From Acidimicrobiales bacterium (GTDB taxonomy: Bacteria > Actinomycetota > Acidimicrobiia > Acidimicrobiales > SZUA-35), in the NCBI GenBank assembly GCA_041394285.1, contig JAWKIL010000003.1, positions 24,534 through 88,533 on the forward strand: 64,000 nt of DNA. Direction: 5' to 3'. Below are positions 60,815 through 64,000 of the stretch, one piece after another. Numbering within the stretch: position 1 is the first letter of the stretch; every line of letters begins with the position of its first letter. The translations under genes and the position numbers were made by a program. Under the pieces are notes generated by a model that was not told the DNA's origin, made no database searches, and worked only from the letters and a program-made list of their open reading frames with translations.

Positions 60815-61183
60815 GTGATCGAAGAGAAGGGTCAGCCATTGCTGGAGATCCAAATCGAAGAAGGTGACGCCCACACGCTGTTCCGTCCGCTCGGTGAGCT
60901 GGACGCGTACACGGTCGGCTCCCTGCGTGAGGCGCTGGCGCGCCTCGCCGGCACAAGCCGGCTGCTTATCGACCTGTCGAAGGTGCCGTTCATGGATTCA
61001 GCCGCTCTGAACGCCCTGGTCAGGGGCATCGGGCGGATACGCGAGGCCGATGGCGTGGTCGCCGTGGCCTGTTCCCGCCCCGCCCTCACCCGACTCCTCC
61101 AGGTCACCGGGTTCGACGATTTCGTGCCCATCACCGAGTCGGTGGAGGAAGCGGAGTACGTGCTGGCGGGCGAGGGGGAGTAG
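60815..61183 (+). CDS. STAS-domain anti-sigma-factor antagonist
   Basis: GTG 60815 within ORF 60368..61183. SpoIIAA-like pattern: LLIDLSKVPFMDSAALNALV (phosphorylatable Ser in DSA). Confidence 0.8.
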   Translation: MIEEKGQPLLEIQIEEGDAHTLFRPLGELDAYTVGSLREALARLAGTSRLLIDLSKVPFMDSAALNALVRGIGRIREADGVVAVACSRPALTRLLQVTGFDDFVPITESVEEAEYVLAGEGE

Positions 61184-62219
61184 CCGCCGCCAGCTCTGCG
61201 GCCAGCCCCACCAGGGCGTCGCGGCCCCGGGCCATCCGTGCCCGTTCCTGCACCCGCACCACCGGTGGTCGGCCCAGGGCGTCGGCCAGACCGCCGACCA
61301 GCTCGGCCTCCCGCTCGGCCAGGGCGCTCAGCTCGGCCAGGTTGGCGGCCAGAGGCGTCGGCACCCGGGACCGGGTGCCGCCACCGCGGCCGGCCCGCTC
61401 GGGCCGGGCGAACGACGGTGCCACCCGGTTGGCCACCACGGCGTCCACCGTGAGGCCCCGGTCGATCAGGCTCCGCCCGATCCAGGTCGCTTCGGCCACC
61501 GTCTCGGGCCGGGCGGTGGTGACGAGCCGGTAGCGGCACCGTGGGCTGGTGAGCAGCTCCCCGATCTCGGCCGCCCGGTCCCGGAAGCCCTGGTCGAGCC
61601 CGTCGAGGTCGGCGAACAGGCGCATGACGTTGTCGACCAGCTCCATCCCCACCAGGCGGGCCACGGCCCGCAGGGCCAGCCGCCCGGCCGAGCTGGCCGA
61701 GCGCAACACCCCGCTGCGGGGGGCCAGCACCGTGCGGTAGAGGCGGTTGTCGACGAAGCGGCACAGCCTCTGGGGGCTGTCGAGGAACTCGATGGCGTGC
61801 CGGGACGGCGGGGTGTCGAGCACCACCACGTCGAACCGGGCGTCGGTGTGGAGCTGGTGGAACCGCTCCACCGCCATGTACTCGCTGATGCCGGGGGTGG
61901 CGTGGGTGACGGCCTGGAACGTGGGGTTGGACAGGATGCGGTCGGCCTGACCGGGGCGGCCGTGGCGGTGCAGCACCTCGGCCAGGGTGGCCGAGGGTTG
62001 GCGCTGCGCCGCCCAGAGCTCACCGGGCCAGGGGCCGGCCACCAGCCGGGCCTCGTCGCCGGCGCCGTCGAGGTCCAGGGTCTCGGCCAGCCGGCGGGCC
62101 GGATCGATGGTGAGCACCACCACCCGGGCGCCCTCCTGGGCGGCGGCCACGGCCGAGGCGGCAGCCACCGTGGTCTTACCCACGCCGCCCGAACCCAGAT
62201 AGAGGAGTGCCTCGTGCAT
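61131..62219 (-). CDS. ArsA/Get3-like ATPase (second of pair)
   Basis: ORF 61131..62630 trimmed to ATG 62219 (1-nt TGATG overlap with the upstream stop). It has a P-loop (GSGGVGKTT) and VVLDTPP. Confidence 0.85.
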   Translation of the reverse strand: MHEALLYLGSGGVGKTTVAAASAVAAAQEGARVVVLTIDPARRLAETLDLDGAGDEARLVAGPWPGELWAAQRQPSATLAEVLHRHGRPGQADRILSNPTFQAVTHATPGISEYMAVERFHQLHTDARFDVVVLDTPPSRHAIEFLDSPQRLCRFVDNRLYRTVLAPRSGVLRSASSAGRLALRAVARLVGMELVDNVMRLFADLDGLDQGFRDRAAEIGELLTSPRCRYRLVTTARPETVAEATWIGRSLIDRGLTVDAVVANRVAPSFARPERAGRGGGTRSRVPTPLAANLAELSALAEREAELVGGLADALGRPPVVRVQERARMARGRDALVGLAAELAAATPPRPPARTPLPPPTR

Positions 62220-63196
62220 CAGCCCACCGTCGGTGCCGGCACCGACACCGGTGCCGACGCCACGACGGGGCCCGCCGCCAGCGCCGTCGCCAGCCGATCG
62301 AGCCCGGGGCGGTCGACCCCCGGCGTGAACAGGAACGGCAGGCGCACCTGGGGCAGGGGCAGCTCCCGGGCCAGACGGGCGATCTGCTCGGTCTGGGCCT
62401 CCAGCCGTTCCAGCCGGAACCGGGCCGCCGCCACCGCACCGGCGGCCGCCCCCCGGCCCCGGGCCGGGGCCTGCTCCACGGCGTCGGACAGCCCGTCGAT
62501 GGGAGCCCAGCAGCCGTTCAGCACCAGTGGGCCCAATCGCACACCGACCTCGTCCTCCAGGGTGAACCCGGTCTCGATCACCTCGCTCACCGGGCCTTCC
62601 TCCGGCAGGGTGACCAGGGCCACCCGGCACCGGGCCTCGTCGGCCAGCAGCTCGAGGGCCAGGTCGGCCTGGTGGCGCACCGGGCCCGAGGCCGCCGTCC
62701 GGGCCAGGCCCCGGGGTGCCATCAGGAACCCGACGGCGTGGCCCGAGGCCGGGGCGTCCACCACGATCAGGTCGGCCTCGCCCTTCTGCTCCAGCTGGCG
62801 GATCTTGCCCAGCAGCACCAGATCGGCCAACCCCGGAGCCGCCGAGGTGACCAGGTCGACCAGGCCGGTGCGGGGCAGCCGGCCGGTGATCCGGTTCATG
62901 CCCCCGGCGTCGAGATACTCCCGCATCGCCTCCCGGGCGGTGAGGTGGCGGGCCCGGAGGCGCCCGCCGCCGTGGAACCGTTCCAGCTCGCTGTCGGCAT
63001 AGCCGAGCGGCCCGGCGCCGAACGCCCGACCGAGGCGGGAGGCGCCCTCCAGCTCCACCAGGAGCACGTCGAGCCCGCTACGGGCCGCCGCGACACCCAC
63101 CGATGCCCCTACCGTGGTCTTGCCCACGCCACCCTTGCCGGCGACGATCAGGACCCTCGATGACGCGAACCACTCGACCGAAGACGACGCCGACAC
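62219..63196 (-). CDS. ArsA/Get3-like ATPase (first of pair)
   Basis: 325 aa with a P-loop (GKGGVGKTT) and IVVDAPASGH. Confidence 0.85.
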   Translation of the reverse strand: MSASSSVEWFASSRVLIVAGKGGVGKTTVGASVGVAAARSGLDVLLVELEGASRLGRAFGAGPLGYADSELERFHGGGRLRARHLTAREAMREYLDAGGMNRITGRLPRTGLVDLVTSAAPGLADLVLLGKIRQLEQKGEADLIVVDAPASGHAVGFLMAPRGLARTAASGPVRHQADLALELLADEARCRVALVTLPEEGPVSEVIETGFTLEDEVGVRLGPLVLNGCWAPIDGLSDAVEQAPARGRGAAAGAVAAARFRLERLEAQTEQIARLARELPLPQVRLPFLFTPGVDRPGLDRLATALAAGPVVASAPVSVPAPTVG

Positions 63197-64000
63197 TGCC
63201 TCGGAGGCTACCCCGCCCCTCGGCCCGGCTCCTGCTGCGGGTGGCGCTCGTCTGGGGTCTGGCCCTGCTCGCCGGGCTGTCGGCGGCCGCCTCTCCGGCC
63301 TCGGCCCAGGACCGTCCCGGCGCCCGTGACCTGGGGGCCTGCCCCGACGACCTCAACGGGATCCCGGCGTCGAACACCGCCGTGCGCATCGTGAAGGTGG
63401 CCGGCCTCATCGATCCGGTGGTTCAGCGCCACCTGCTGAACGAGCTCAGCCAGGCGGAGCGTTCCGGCGCCCTGGGCCTCGTGATCTGGATGAACTCCAA
63501 GGGCAGCGTGCTCAGCGACGACGAGTACCTGGAGCTGGCCACGGCCCTGGCCGACTCGCCGATCCAGATCGCGGTGTGGGTGGGCCAGGGCGGGGCCACG
63601 GCCAAGGGCGGCTCGGCCGAGCTGCTGGGCACGGCCGACCTCGTGGGCGTGTCGCCCGGTTCCACCGTGGGCGACACCGGCCCGGCCCGGTTGCCCGACA
63701 CGTTCCCGCCCGCCTTCGGTGACGCCACCGAGCGGCTGCAGACCGCCACGGTGGGAACCGACGAGGCCATCCAGCTCGGCATCTCGGCCGGCCCGGCCAG
63801 CGACGTGGCCACCATCAGCTCGTTCGTGAGCCTCATCCCCGGCTACGAGGTGGCCACCTGCACCGAGGGCGACGGCACCCAGCGCACCATCCCCCTCACC
63901 CGCAACGAGCTCACCGGCCTGCCCATCACGGGCCAGCTGTTCCACACGGTGAGCAGCCCCGAGGTGGCCTATCTGTTCCTCGTGCTCGGCCTCGGTCTGC
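63160..64000 (+). CDS. NfeD-family membrane-bound ClpP-class serine protease (3'-truncated by window end)
   Basis: This ORF is not in the track because it has no stop in the window. Hand translation gives a signal peptide (...LLAGLSAAASPASA), then IVKVAGLIDPVVQRHLLNELSQAERSGALGLVIWMNSKGS, typical of NfeD. The start is uncertain (ATG 63160 would overlap the divergent ArsA start by 37 nt; GTG near 63241 is the alternative). Confidence 0.7.
   Translation, partial: MTRTTRPKTTPTLPRRLPRPSARLLLRVALVWGLALLAGLSAAASPASAQDRPGARDLGACPDDLNGIPASNTAVRIVKVAGLIDPVVQRHLLNELSQAERSGALGLVIWMNSKGSVLSDDEYLELATALADSPIQIAVWVGQGGATAKGGSAELLGTADLVGVSPGSTVGDTGPARLPDTFPPAFGDATERLQTATVGTDEAIQLGISAGPASDVATISSFVSLIPGYEVATCTEGDGTQRTIPLTRNELTGLPITGQLFHTVSSPEVAYLFLVLGLGL

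Overview
This is a high-GC (roughly 70%) chromosomal segment. It carries Actinomycetota hallmarks: a WhiB-family regulator, mycothiol mshA, a DUF222-HNH gene, an RsiG-like protein and an ArsA/Get3-like ATPase pair. I support about 63 protein-coding genes, 2 tRNAs (Lys-UUU, Pro-CGG), several stem-loop terminators and a set of short intergenic repeats. Most long ORFs in the six-frame track are antisense or out-of-frame shadow ORFs, which are typical of high-GC DNA; several listed ORFs also needed 5' trimming. The largest functional unit is a complete monoderm-type Tad/Flp pilus locus (20452-28757, minus strand: flp, tadE, tadG-like, cpaB, cpaE/tadZ, cpaF/tadA, a vWA-TadB fusion, tadC). It is divergently paired with a translationally coupled histidine kinase / LuxR response regulator / prepilin peptidase operon (28944-31392) and bounded by tRNA-Lys. 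The rest is housekeeping and lipid/CoA metabolism: orn, dut, ATP-dependent ligase, tesB, acyl-ACP desaturase, BVMO, LLM oxidoreductase, B12 mutase, aat, PPIase, ask and asd, crotonases, amidase. The observations most worth follow-up are listed here:
- a WhiB7-like AT-hook regulator behind a roughly 420-nt leader that has its own RBS-bearing 63-codon uORF and an intrinsic terminator;
- an RsiG-like protein carrying the c-di-GMP-binding E(X)3S(X)2R(X)3Q(X)3D motif, plus a degenerate GGDEF protein that keeps its I-site;
- a 49-bp palindromic REP-like element present three times at gene 3' ends;
- the vWA-TadB fusion and the TCS-TadV operon;
- a MoaD-like protein translationally coupled to a divergent CdsA-like membrane protein;
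- several candidate operator repeats.
I did not find a CRISPR array, a transposase or integrase, or a clearly recognisable defence system. All functional calls come from motif recognition by eye and need database confirmation.
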